Source of the DNA: Gnetum montanum
Lineage: Eukaryota; Plantae; Gnetophyta
DNA length: 64,000 bases
Direction of reading: 5' to 3'
Assembly: GCA_015680685.1 (NCBI GenBank)
Contig: MNCI01000317.1
Span: forward strand, 287,790-351,789
This document shows positions 50,801-64,000 of the stretch, one piece after another. Every line of letters starts with the position of its first letter. The first letter of the stretch is position 1. The position numbers and the translations under genes are program-made. A model generated the notes under the pieces. It saw only the letters and a program-made list of their open reading frames with translations. It was not told the DNA's origin and did no database searches.

Positions 50801-51997
50801 TTACTTAAAGTAACATTAAGGTGTTTATTTTTGAAGTGGTGAGATTTAGGTTCAAACCTAAAAGCAAGTACTCAAAAATAGATAATTACTAGGCCTCTAG
50901 TTAATCAAATGTATACAATAATTCTCTCTCAAAATTTAGTTTTGAATCATCCAAGTATGAAATTATAAGAATTATTAAAAGTATTAAGGGTATGTTACTT
51001 TATTAACAATTCTATCTACTCATGTATGATATCGATGCAACATTGGTTGTTTAATTCCAAGCAATTAGATACATTTTCATAATAGAATATTATGAAAACA
51101 TGCTTAATAATAAACAAACAACATTATTTACCCAATTAGCAGGGTTCATGATCTACAAGTCATGAAAGTTGTGCAAAGAAGAGATCCTCATATTGATGAT
51201 CAGAATCAACATAACTTGGGAACACCTAGAGTTTAAGAACAACAAATACTGAAATGCTATAAATAAATTCTTTAAAAGCTATTCTTTAAATTATTTAAAC
51301 ATTGATGACATTTTTTAATTACAAATAAATTATTTATTATTAAAAGTTTATTAACATGAATATAATGTACTCTAAAACTTTATTATAAATAAAAATAATC
51401 ATTGAATATATTATTATTAACCTATTTATAATAAAAAGTATAAAAAATATTTTTAAATCCACTTATTTTCTTATTGAATTTTTATTTAGTTTAAAGTTGA
51501 GTGAGTCCTTTTGAAATTTTAAAGCATCACATTGATACCTTTTAAAATCTTTTAACATTTTTATAAAGTTTCAAATTTAAAAATTACTATATTATACACA
51601 AAAATCATAGGAAAACACCTTTAAAAAGTGTCAAATTCCAACCTTGCTTCCACCAATGGAATTCTATATTTTAGTTTTATTTGTCTTTCTATGATAAGGA
51701 TGTGATTGTGTGGATTGGCTAAAAAGGAATCTACATAGAAATCGTGGTCATTCCAGTCTCACCAATGCATGTTTCTATTTTATACTTGACTCTAGAATTC
51801 TTGTGGACCATTTTTGAACAAAACATGTCAAAGAATTGTGGAAAAAGAACCTCAATTTGGAAGATGTGCATCACAACTTCCTATTGAAGGCCTTGGATGT
51901 AGCTCACAAACTTTTGTTAAGTTTTTGGTCATGTGATATGCCAAATTTGGTAAAAAATAGTAGACAATAACAATTACATTAATTAACATTAAAATTA

Positions 51998-54250
51998 TGT
52001 AAAATTTGGAATGGGATGAGAACTCTCTTACTTCATTACATTTGCTGCCAAGCTACTTATACATGTGAGTTACTCAAAACTCAGGAAAAGGAATGGAAAT
52101 GCACAAAATATAAATAAAACTATAAAAAAAGATGGATAGCTGATGGAGCCCTTACAGGGAAATCTACAGCTAGAATGTGGTTGAAATTTTCAAACAGTAA
52201 GTAGGCAAGATTTGGACATGCTCTTACTATTAATACTCCCACTCATGTTAAAGCATGAAGATTTTGCATGCCTGACTTGCCAATCAAATGATGAATTTGT
52301 GATATACTTAAGGGATTTGTGAATATGTTTGCTAGTTGCTATGATGTGGCTATATAATTTGTTGAATGATTAGAGATTGTACCTCTTCATGAACTAGATG
52401 GTAATCAATTTCGATATGCTTAGTAATATCCTGAAACATTGGATTTGCAGCAATACACAAGGCTACCTTGTGTCACAAAATAAGAGCGCTAGATAAAAAT
52501 GGGGTACCTGGAGGTACCTTAATAGATGAAGATGGAAATTGTTTTCACAATAGGTGGTGGCCATTACTTTTTATTGTACTTTTGTTGATAGGTATGACAC
52601 TCAAGATTGCTTCTTTGATTTTCAGAAGATCAGAAAGGTACTTAACATAGTGCAATAACCTGTGATGGAGTGGTGAGAGTCACTGCAACTAACCCAATCC
52701 AAATTGTAAAAATCTTGAAGTTGGAGAGAGCTAGAAGAAGATAAGAAGATGCCCTGGCCACATGTATGTTTTATATGAGAACTCGATTAGTAGCATCAAG
52801 GTGTGGTTGTTGTAGCTTGTTCATGAACTAAGGATTTACATTGAATATGTAATGTTTGGTGTAGTGATGATTAGGTACATAATACAACCTATCAAGGATC
52901 TATAGTTTAAAGGATCAATGATAATGGAACCATTCGATCTAGCAAGTTTTTTATTTTGCTTCATTGAAGAGGCAATTGAATGGGCACCCAAAAGACCTAC
53001 ATCATCAAGAATCTCTAAGGCATATTTTCTTTGTGATACGTAGATGCTAGTATTTGAATGCACTACTTCAATACCCAAAATGAAATTGAGCAGCCCAAGA
53101 TCAATGATTTTGAACAATTTTGAGATTAGCAATGGAGCTAGAATCATTCCTTGTAAGAATAAAGTCATCCACATAAGACTAAAACTACTTTGAAAGATTA
53201 ACTAGAGCATTGAGTAAATAAGGAGTAATTAGTCTTAGATTGGGCATATCCAACTATGATGAGTGAACTATAAAATTTAATAAACCACTTTTTAAAAGCT
53301 TGTTTAAGACCCTATAGAGGTATATTGAGTTGACAATCTTGAATCTCCCCTTTTTGTGTGAAACCTAGAGGAATACCCATATGAATATCCTCATCAATAT
53401 TGCCATGTAAAAAGACATTGCTAATGTCCAACTAGTAAAAGTGCCAATTCTTAACTATTGCAATGGCTAAGAGGCATTTCACTATGACTAGCTTTACAAT
53501 AGGAGCAAATGTTTTCATGTAATTTGATCCTATCTTTTGATTATATCCTTTAGCTACCAAATGAGCTTTGTAATGTTTCACAAACCCATCTAAATTGTAT
53601 TGAATCTTGTAAGTCAATTTGTAACTAATGATTTTCATAGGTGGTGATAGGGCAATAAGTGTCCAAGTGTTCTTGCCTTTCAATGCTTTGATTTCTACTA
53701 CCATGGCTTCACACCATTTTGGATCCTTGATTGCTTGGCTAAAAGAAGTAGGCTCTCTAACAAATGGTATAGCTATAAAGAATGCATGATGAGAGGGAGA
53801 TAGTTTATCATATGCAAGAAAATGGGATAAAGGATGAGCACATACAGAGGCTCTTGTTGATGAGGGAATGGTTAGATTGGAAGAGGAGAGTGAACAACTA
53901 GTTGGAAATGATATTCCTACAAGTAATTTGATGGATATCTTTCTCTTTTGAAGTGTCTGAGTGCTATTGGTACTTGTGATAATGATTCAAATGTATCAAG
54001 CACTAGTGATGTGATGGGCACAAGTGGAGTAGTGGTTTATGATGTTGGCACTATATCTATGTGAATCGGGAGTGGGTGAGGTAGGGCTATAAAATGGTTT
54101 TCACAATTTTGAGATTGCAAACAAAAAATTTCTTCTCTAAAAAATGTTTTTTAGAGATGGAAACGATTTGTGTTTCCATATTATATATTTTATATCATTT
54201 TTAACCATAGGCATAACCAAGAAATATGCATTTTTGTGCTTTTGGATCAT
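51998..54250 (-). mobile_element. Ty1/copia 3' fragment (INT tail, RT, RNase H, PPT, possible short LTR 51998-52235); Ale-like
   Basis: KAHLVAKGYNQ...TFAPIVKL, DLGLLNFILGIEV...SQRKY, SITGYC, AANPMF...KHIEID; PPT TGAGTGGGAG at 52236-52245. Confidence 0.85.
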
Positions 54251-54269
54251 CAAGGAAAGAAGTGAGGTC

Positions 54270-55000
54270 TCCCTTCACGAGGTCATTTTCTGCCTACCCA
54301 CCTACTACCCCAAATAGAAGTGGCTACCCTTCTTTTGAGTGGTTTTCTTCTCATCCTAAAAGCTATTTTTAATTTGCTGTTGATCTTCCATACCAAAGAA
54401 ATTTTCCTTTTTCAATGAGCATGGTACCCAGTTTATTAAAATTGGGGTTGAATAACACCTTATTAGTTTGGATGATTAGTCACTTATGTAAGAATAATTA
54501 AGAACCACACTTTGAAAAAGAAAAATGTGAAGAAACAGTTATTGCCAGCCCATCAGCACAGGTATTCCACCAAAACTAGGTTTGTGTAGCACTGGACAGA
54601 CTTGTACACTGCTTTAAAAAGGACATGTACTAAGTGACCAATTCCTATATGACAATACTATGTTGCAATGCTAGAGATAGAAACATGTGACCTCTGTTTA
54701 AGCTGTAGTTACTACCTAAAAATTGAGCCATGAGTATTTTTAAGAGTTGGAGCAAAGGTGGGGCCACATGACATACTATTCTCAAGCATTGTTGCATATT
54801 GGAGGTAATCGAGTTAAATACTTAATCTTGGATTGCTTTCCTGAGTAATATTGCCATTGAAAATATGGGATGCATTTTCTGGATTTAGACAACAAAGAAT
54901 AAAGACCTTGATTGCCATGCAAATCTATGTTGGATGGTGATGCCATCATTAAAACTAAATATGGTTTCATCCTAATTCTTAAGTGTCATTAATGAAGTCA
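54270..55000 (-). pseudogene. Degenerate plant L1 ORF2 fragment (post-RT region)
   Basis: Collinear weak motifs GL...SKS, KYLTRLP (KYLGLP), KPSFGG, SLVWKI and ATSIWGSRWVG. Confidence 0.4.
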
Positions 55001-55319
55001 AGCCTAACTTATAGGGCATTAGTGAACATAATGTTGTGTTCTAGACTTTTGGATTAGGTGGTTGATTGGAGTGTATTGGTCATATCTTATTATTACTTAA
55101 AGTCACATGATGCAGACCACAATGGCATAACTACCTGACATCATGCTTATATCATCAAGCAAATATCATTCTAAATTTATTTAAAAATTATGACCTAAAA
55201 AATTTGGTGATCCATCTTTAGCTTTGCAATTAATCATTGGGTGGAAACAAGTAAAAGAGGAAAAGTGTTTACTATCATAAAAAAAATCTAGTTTCATGAA
55301 TTAGTTTAGAAAACTTTTC

Positions 55320-58300
55320 ATTTAAAAGATACCTAAAAGATGATGTGGAGTTGATCATCAGGTATGAAATCCAAGAGTTATACAAGTGGATCCTACCCAA
55401 ACCATCTCTATACCTTCTAGACTATTTAATTTATTTAAGTTTCCCATTAGAAATCCTTTTAGACTCGGGCATCTCTCTTTCAAATTGATGGGTCTTTGTT
55501 ATACTCTTCAATTGATTCTCTTTTTCTTAGCTCACCTTTCTCCTTTGCTACCTAGTCAATTAGTCTTTGAATGAGATGGACGGTCAAATCTAATAACTTG
55601 CCTTGGGCATAAACCCCAAGATTTTCTCTAATTTTGCTTCGTAGCCCATCTACAATGTGCTTGAGTTATTCCCTTGGTGAAAATATATGGTCTAGACATC
55701 TGTGTAATAGTGAATAGTATACACCCATTTCCACATCAAGGATCTCATGTGTTCCTTGCTTCCATCCCTAGATTTGTTTTTGTAAGTTAGACACTCATGA
55801 ATAATTTTGATATTTATAGTTGAAGAGTTTGAGCATGGTATTCCAACGTATGATTGATTCAAGTTCTAGTTACCTATACCAACTCTCCACCTCCTTCACA
55901 AGTGTTCTGGGAAATAGCTTCAATTTTTGCCAATCACTTTTGATATTTTGGAGGATGCAAGGATCATGGAAAGCCTGAAGGTGATGTTGTGGATTAGCAT
56001 TATAGTCACCTTCAAATCTCAGCATGTTATTCATATCTAGCTATTTGATTCAGCTATCTCTCATGTGCCTAGTTGGTATGTAAAAAGCTTCCTAAATGTT
56101 TATCGTGCTTCAAATTGCCATGAGGGGTTCATCATCGTGGTTGAGTTCGTATGCTTTGTTGTAGCAGTGACCCCTTCTATGCTCATACCTTTCTTGATCC
56201 TCTCTTTAATCCCTTCATTTCTGATGGGAAAATTAAATAAATTAAATAGTCTAGAAGGTATAGATATGGTTCAAAGAATTCTTAATCATAGATGATGCTC
56301 AAAATATAAGAAATTTTCATTGAAAGTATGTGAAAGAAGGAATTTTTCCCAGGTAAGTTAATTAAGTCTATAGGAGATGGTTTGTTAGAATTGCCAAATA
56401 TGTTATCGAAGATGAGTACATAAAAAATGACAATGTTCGAGGGTTTTAGAGGAACAAGATGATATGGAGTTGTTCATCAAGTATGAAATACAAGAGTTAT
56501 ACAAGTGTATCCTCCCCCAAAGTAGGCTCCAACCTTTGGTGCCCTTGCATAACCACACCCACAAGTATCTGTACGCACTTAAGGAGTTGAATGTAAAACA
56601 TACCTATCTTTCAAAACACACATGTTAGTATTACCTCAATGAGAAAATAACACTATATTATATAAAACTATTAAATTATGATTATATATATAACAATGAG
56701 GTGGAATGGTAGGAGTAGGGATTGTAGAAAATGAGACGTGAGGTGCTTACCATAGCCATAATGAATTCAATGTGTGATGCATGGTTAAAGTGATCATAAG
56801 CCCTTCCGTCCAAGATCCAAACCAAGTCCATACCACTTACTAATGACATTACATTCTATCATCCCAAAACTAATAACTATAAGAATATCACAACTAAAGG
56901 AATATTAACACTTGGTAATGAATTTTAAGGAAGGAATTTATAATCAACACATTTTATTTTAAAGGATATTAACCATTGGACAAAGGAGTACCTTTAGACA
57001 TGCATAACATGTGTTTCTAGCTCCATAACAAATGTGAGTTCATGAAACCTTGAAATTTGTAAGAAGTCGTTTACTTTAAGCATGGGTAATGTGTCTTTTC
57101 AGTGGAACTCCCAAAAAATTTTATTATGTGTATATATTAGGTTATTATTGTGTCAACCTTACCACATGACTATCTTTAAGCATGGATGACATATCTTTCC
57201 AATGACATGATAAGGTAGCACTTATTTTAGACATACTTCCATTTTCTTAGAACTCATGTAAATAATACAACTTAATAGTAGGATAAGACTTATACTAGTA
57301 GCCTTAAAGAATCCACAAATCCCCTTGATCTCGCACCCTTTTTATTCTCACTTTAATCTTTACTTTTTCCATCAAAGCATAGTGATCACAAGTTTATTTT
57401 AGTTTTATTGTGAAAATAATGTCATTATGTTTATAGTAAGAACCTCTTATTATTAGAAATGAGTGGATAAATGATGTGTCCTTACTGTATATATAATTAG
57501 TCTTTTAATGATTTGATAAGATAGGATGAAATTCTCATTTTTTTTACTACATCTTGTTTTATTCCTTTACACTTTATTAGAAAAGTTAACAAAAATATGT
57601 ACACATGAAAAATAGTAAAAACTACTAAAGAATGAGAAATGGGTAAGAAAGGAGAAAAATATAAAGAATTTGAAGATATTAGAGAATGTTAAATGATTTA
57701 AGAAATATGAAATGTATAAAAGAATAAGAAAGATATCAAAGAAGGTAAAATTTATAAGAAATGTTAAAAATATAACAAAAACTTATAAACCAAAAAAATT
57801 AAAACAAAAAAGTTGAAATGCACTTATTGATTCTTGATTCAAGATAAGGTACCTTCCCCATGATTGAAATCATGGATGAGTGTTCAGAAAATGGGCCCTA
57901 GATCCCCAGGATCATACACTCTAGGTTTCTTATTTATCATCCTTAGAGATTTTGCATTTCTTTTATTATCCCATATGACATTTATCATAATCAAATTTTG
58001 ATCATTAGGAGATACATATCTTGTTGGACTAGATGATATTCTTATTTTAGATGATCTAGATATGTTTTCTTGTTCATTCTTAATTTTAGGTTTTGAGTCT
58101 CCATGTTTACTACTTATTGTGGGTGTATGATCATGATTTAGGATATCCTTCAGTAAGTTTTCTATTCAGGTCATTTTCTTAAAGTAGGAGCTGATAAGTG
58201 GGTTATATGTTTCCATGCATGTATTGGACAATTTCATGTTCTCATTTCTTAACCATTGGATGTCTTTTGGTTTAGTGGTCATTATTTTTTTTAGCATACA
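55320..58300 (-). mobile_element. Rearranged Athila internal fragments (gag piece, intergenic region, gag tail)
   Basis: 55600-56050 resembles 36600-37100; 56500-57800 resembles 6110-7200; 55340-55395 is duplicated at 56460-56515. Confidence 0.7.
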
Positions 58301-58339
58301 TACTTGTTTTTCATATTTTTTGTGGGTTGGTGTAAGGAT

Positions 58340-60758
58340 TTGCTAGACCGACCAATGGAAACCAATCAACTGATTTTGGATGTCTTTAACCTTTTGCATA
58401 CCATTACTACAACCCAATTGGAGATGCTAGAATTAAGGGACAAGTGCATCATAATGGAGGAACAACTTGAAATAGCCAAGGCTAAAACCCAATGCTTGGC
58501 TATAGAATTTGCAATTTGAGAGCCTGCCTTGTTGATCTTGTGTTTCTCAACCAAGCGATTACAAGAGATGAAGCTTTCTAGAAGCTTCAAAAGCATCTCA
58601 AAGAGCTTGAAAATGATAAGGAGATGACGATCTTTGACTAGTCCTTGGGAATTTTCATGATTTATAACATTTAGAAGGACTTGGTTCAAAATTGCCATGA
58701 GACTGAAATCATGACCATAGAAAATCGTCATTTGTAGAATGTTGATGCACAGAAGCAATAGATGGCATAATTTATCCATCAATAATAGAAGCATCTAACC
58801 AAGGTAAATGCAAAATTAAGGAGATTGGCAACTGAAAATTGAAACCTTTTCATGAAGGAACTCTATGCCTTATATCAAAAATCTACAATTAACATTTCCA
58901 CCTAGAAGAATGAGACCCTAAAGTTCAAAAGAGAGAACAATCACTATAGGGACTCAGTGGGGTTGTAGAAACAAATCAAAAATAAGGAAATTAAATTAAC
59001 AAAGGGAAAATTCAATGAGGCCCTCCAACAGCTCAAGGAAGGAGGCAATGTCTAGCAACCTATCTTTCATGGACTAAACTCATGCATCAAGGCTGAAATC
59101 CTCTTGAAAGAGCTACAAATTGAAGATCATTGAATACATAGAGCTTGTCCATCTTCACTATCCAAACTTGATGATGCTAACTATCGAAAAGCTATGGCCA
59201 AAATTGGAAAAACAAGTAGCCAACTCATACTTGTTATACAAGGCAAAGGTTAAGCACCATAAGGAGATCAAGCAAAAGCTTGAGATATCAAATGTAGAAC
59301 TCAAGGTCCTTAAGGAAAAGTTCATAAATCAAAGATCAACTATTAAGAACTTGGCCAAAAGAATAAACGTCTACAATGAGTTTCAGAATGCACTCAAAGC
59401 ATTTGACATCAAAGGAAAATAGTTTGCTACTTGGTTAGTGAATGTGAAAGAGTTATTTCCTACAATGACCTATCAATGGGATATTCCCATTCTGGCCCAC
59501 ATTGGTGAAGCTATGTGGAACATGAATGATCCCTAGAGTAAGGAGGAGGAGATGAAGGCACTATTGGATACCTTACATCTTCAACCAAAGGTTGCAACTG
59601 ACATCGAACAACCATAACAACCCCATTTACTACTACATGCACCTGAAGTAGGAGAAGGTCCTTCAAGTCCTTAGGAGACTTCATGGCCTAGGACTGTTTG
59701 AACTTCTTCATCATCTTCACATCATTTGAGGAGTTGTTTTTGTTAGGTTTGTGTAGGTGTTTAATTTTATTATCCTAAATACTAAAATTTTTTAATGATT
59801 GTAAAATTGTACACTTGGGCACTTAGTTTTTCTTGTGTGTTTTTTTTTCTTTTGTGTGTTTGTGGCTAGTCATGGGGGTATGATGAGTCACATGGTTGGG
59901 CCACATCAATGGGATACCATCAACGCTACATCCTCAATGGGATTTCATCAACATGATCCTATCAACACAAGGTTTGACTCATTGATGTGTACCCATTGAT
60001 GAGGCACCATGTTTCTGCCTATATGTATGCCTACTTACCACATTTATGGCTATCTTTTTATAGTTGTAGTGAAGTGTTTGGAATTTTTTCATTTAAGAGT
60101 TAGAATATTTTTTGAGTGCTCGTAGTAAGAGTCAAAAGAGTGTACAAATCTTTATTTGAGTGCTAATGTACTTGAGCACTTCAATATGGATGGTAATAAA
60201 GATGAGCTTTCTTGATCAAACCTTACAACACTTGGATTAGATTAATTATTTCTTTTAGCATTTAATATTTAAGAAATTTACTTTAATATTTTTTAAGTAA
60301 TTAATTAATACTTATTAAATAGTAATACATAAGTACAACCACTACAAGCATACATTTAACACTTGGTAATCCTAGTAACACTTAATGTTTGGTAATCCAG
60401 TAGTGCTATACATGTTTAGAATGTGTATGACAAGTGGGAACAGATGCTTATGTTAAGATTAGTTAAGTGATAACTAGTTATTAGATTAGTTAAAAATTTA
60501 ATAACTTTATTATTTATTCTTGTTCTTAGGTGACTTAAACCATAAAAGATAAAATCACAAAAATCATATGCCTTACTTATACTTCACCATACCCTTGCAC
60601 TTCACAAGTGGAACTATGAAGAAAACAATTGCAACAGTTACATTCACTTCCTAGAACTAGTGTACTTAGAAATGTAAATTCTTTGGGATTTGACCATATC
60701 ATTGAGTGAATGCTAGTGATTTGTATGGTTAGGCGTAGGGTATACTAGCTACTCATCA
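58340..60758 (+). mobile_element. 3' part of an Athila element (extra-ORF coiled-coil tail, PPT, complete 3' LTR 59881-60758)
   Basis: ORF 59120-59422, PPT CATGGGGGTA at 59871-59880, and LTR TGATGAG...ACTCATCA, a reverse-complement homolog of 925-1838. Confidence 0.85.
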
Positions 60759-61030
60759 ACATCCAAGTGCATCTTGCACTTAAATAAGATTCTGTACAAT
60801 CAATTCAATGCATGCTGCAAGCACTCAAAAGGAAATTTAACTAATTTCTATCGAGAAAAACTATAAGGGCTTTGCTACACTACTAAAACTATGATATCTA
60901 ATGCAAATGACATGTGTGTATTTATAGATTTTGGGTAGCAAAGCATCAACACATATACACCAATGCATCTAGCATGCATCGATAGGGATGCATCAATGTA
61001 GCTACTCGACATATGTTGCCTCCAAGTTTT
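60759..61030 (-). repeat. Fragment of an opposite-orientation Athila LTR
   Basis: Resembles 1545-1830, including the TATA and CATCGAT motif array. Confidence 0.6.
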
Positions 61031-61099
61031 ATAATCATGACAACCCCTCTTCATGGAATAAAATTTGTGTAAAAACCAACATCTAATTATACTTTTAGA

Positions 61100-61700
61100 A
61101 GTTTCTTACTTTTACTCCTCTCTTTGCTTTAATTAGATCCCCAACTTTGATCACATTTATTAGATTTACATCTATTTGCAACTATAAAAGCATTACCTAA
61201 TGATTGATTCTTTCATTCATGCAATCTTTTCACTACTTCTTGAAGATTAGAAACTATACCATGAAAAGAAATATTACGAGTACTCATAGAGATAGTAATA
61301 GCTATAGTAATTGAATTTCAATATTCAAGTAAAGAGTTCAAAACAACAAGGAACTTCATAAGCTTTGGAATTATCATTTTATATGTTTCAAATTTAACAA
61401 AAGCAACTATCATATCATTTAGGTTATCATGCAAAGAATCCCCTTCTTTCATCTTTACATTCAAAAATTTTTGATAAATATAAAATTTACTCAAACCTAA
61501 AGCTTTATGTTGTGTAGCGAATGTCAAAGCATCAAAAATGGCAAAGATCTTCTTATTCATGCTTAGAAGATTAAGAAGAAGATCTATGGAAGAGATTATG
61601 TATCCAATCAAAAGGAGCCATGATTGATTAATGAATAGATGAAGGATAACAACTTAGAAAGGGGTAGAGCCTCCAAGAATTTTGTAAGCTTTTAAATTCA
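61100..61700 (-). pseudogene. Ty1/copia gag (UBN2-type) remnant
   Basis: YQKFLNVKMKEGDSLHDNLN...LNSL in ORF 61318-61611. Confidence 0.65.
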
Positions 61701-61829
61701 AATCTCCATAATGGGCTTCTAGAAGATTGATGCATCACTAGCCTAGAGTGGTAATGTTGTTTAGAAAGGGTAATAGAAATAATCATAACAATTATATTCT
61801 CATTATGATTAGTCATCTCACTACAAAAT

Positions 61830-63200
61830 TATTAGACAATATATTTAAAAGAAGGCTTAATAATTAGGAAAAATTAAATAATGTTTAGGCAAGTTCACAA
61901 GCAAGTTTTAGGAAACATTGTTCCACAATGAAGTACTTAATTACATTAAGATATTGTATAGACCAAGTTAAAGGACTATCTAATAAGGGGTATCTTTGCT
62001 TTGTGGATTATTCCATAGCTTATGACTCTATTATTTAGTATAAATTATGGAGGTAGTTGAAGAATATTAATACTTTACTCCTAAAAAACTTATGTCTACC
62101 ATCTAAAAGTTGTATACTTCAGTATAAATTAAATTCTTAAATAATAATACATAGAAGAAATTAATTCTACATAACAATATTGGGCTAAAACAAGGATGTC
62201 CACTTTCATCCACTTTATTTGATATCTTCGTTGATGAATTAGAACAATAGATGTCCTCTGTTATAGTGGATTCTATTAAAATTAGAAATTTTCCTTTGAA
62301 TATTTTAAGGTTTGTTGATAATGTAGTTCTTATAGAAAATATTTGAAGTTCAAATGAATTATATGCTTCAAACTTTAGATGATGTTTATATTATCTCAAG
62401 GATAAAAGTTAATGTTAGCAAACTAAAATGATGGTGCATAGTACGAGACCTTTTGTAGATGATTGTTATTTTGGGTCAAAGAAAATTGAAATTCTATCCT
62501 CATATAAGTACTTAGGCATCTTGATTTTAAATAGATATTCTTGGCAAGATTTTATTACTCAAAGGATCTTAAACAACATGGATGCTTTATATTCAATTTG
62601 TAGTAAATGTGCACAAAAATAGATTTAGGCATAGGGTATTCACAAGCAACTGTACAATCATCTTGTTCATGTAGTTTTATTTTATGGGTGTGAAACTTGG
62701 GGACCTAATATACTTATAGCATATTGAAAACATTTGGAATATGTCCAAAAATAATTTTTGTTACAAGAACTTTAGGTAAAAACCCAAACTTCACATTATA
62801 TTTTATTAGTAAAAGTAGATATGTTACCTATAAAAATTGTAACTCTTAAAAAATTTCTATAATTTTATAAAAATATGCTTACTAGGAATAGTGTCCACCT
62901 ATCCATATAAGTTTTTAAGGTCACTCAAGAAAGTAGGATGGTTTGATGATGAAAAAATGGCCTCAAAAATAGAATATGAAAGATCAAGATTTAAATTTGA
63001 GCTTTAAGAATTTAAAAATAAGGATCAGACAAAGGGCATTGAAACATAAGTGTGAACCACCATATGAAAGAAAAAAATCTTATTTTGAGCAAATTAGAGG
63101 AGGGTCCTTAACAAAAATACCTACTTATTTATTTGCTATTATTTCTAGATAAAGCAAGTTGGCAATCACATATGCTTGTGTAGGATCACTATGTATTGAT
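61830..63200 (+). pseudogene. Second RTE/RTE-X-like LINE RT fragment
   Basis: CFVDYSIAYDS, GLKQGCPLSSTLFDIF, FVDN (FADD), YKYLG and YGCETWG; related to 46300-47280. Confidence 0.8.
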
Positions 63201-63214
63201 TGTTGACAAATCAT

Positions 63215-64000
63215 GCTTGGAGAACCTTGAGTTCAGTGTTTGCTATCTCAAGCTTTTGCTTGGTCTCCTTATGATGCTTGAACTCAGCCTTATATAGTAA
63301 GTACGAGTTGGCCACCTACTTTTTGAGTTCAAGCCGTAGTAATCTAGTGATTAGCATCGCCAGGTTTGCATATTAGAGATCCACCAATTTCATGTACTTT
63401 GTCATTTCTTCAATTTGCAACTCCTTTAGGTAGATATCCACTCTATTATAGGCATCTATTCCATCAATGATGGGCTTCCACATCTCTCTTTCTTACTAGA
63501 GTTACTAGAGAACCTCGTTTACTTTTGCCTTAGCCATTTGAATATGCTTCTCATTCAATTTCTTCTACAAGCCAACCTAGTCTCTATAGTGATTCTAGAA
63601 TCTTTCAAATTTAAGAGCCTTATTTCTCCAGGTAGTAATCTCAATGGTATATTTCTGGTGTAAGGCTCAAACTTCCTTAATAGACAAATTAAGATTCTCT
63701 GTCGTCAATTTCCTTAGTTCCATGTTTACCCTGGTGAGTTGCTCTTGCTATTGATGAATAAATTCTTGCATCTATTATTTTTGTGCATCAACATTACACA
63801 AGCAATGATTTTCTATGGTTAGTGATTCATTTTCTTGGTGCATCTAAACCAAGTGATTTCTTGTGAATGCTATGGACTAGTTGAAGATGGCCATCACTAT
63901 TTCCTCTGCAACTTATTTTAATCATTCTTGAAGGTATCAAAAAGCTTCATCTTTGGTTATTGCTATGCTAAGGAATGTAGAATCAGCAAAATGGGCATGT
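63215..64000 (-). pseudogene. Athila extra-ORF coiled-coil region, runs off the window
   Basis: Reverse-complement homolog of 58500-59310. Confidence 0.75.

Noticed and set aside
49450-52000. Host gene exons in the unassigned AT-rich stretch
   Set aside because: No ORF or recognisable protein motif beyond weak LINE traces. The window could still lie inside a very large intron, which cannot be judged here.

Overview
Gene-free, AT-rich, heavily deaminated land-plant repeat DNA made almost entirely of nested retrotransposons. No host gene, RNA gene or CRISPR array is supported. Main contents: (1) several Ty3/gypsy Athila-like elements with a tRNA-Asp PBS, TGATGAG...CTCATCA LTRs and an extra 'env-like' ORF; one copy (1866-10157) has a TSD and no visible pol, and a large decayed copy (about 16955-44305) hosts two insertions; (2) a Tat-clade gypsy element with an archaeal-type RNase H between protease and RT (22804-34445), whose 5' end is an LTR palindrome, plus a deleted sister copy (about 10854-16036); (3) a young, GC-rich, nearly full-length L1 LINE (38085-43332); (4) decayed RTE-X-like LINEs, L1 fragments and copia fragments. 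The PR-aRH-RT order and the strong CG/CHG decay suggest a non-angiosperm plant such as a gymnosperm, fern or lycophyte (inference). The most unusual observations are subfamily-specific palindromic motif arrays plus TATA that recur both in the Athila LTR and upstream of the extra ORF, the inverted-LTR hairpin, and the compositional outlier L1. Coordinates of decayed features are approximate and were read by eye.
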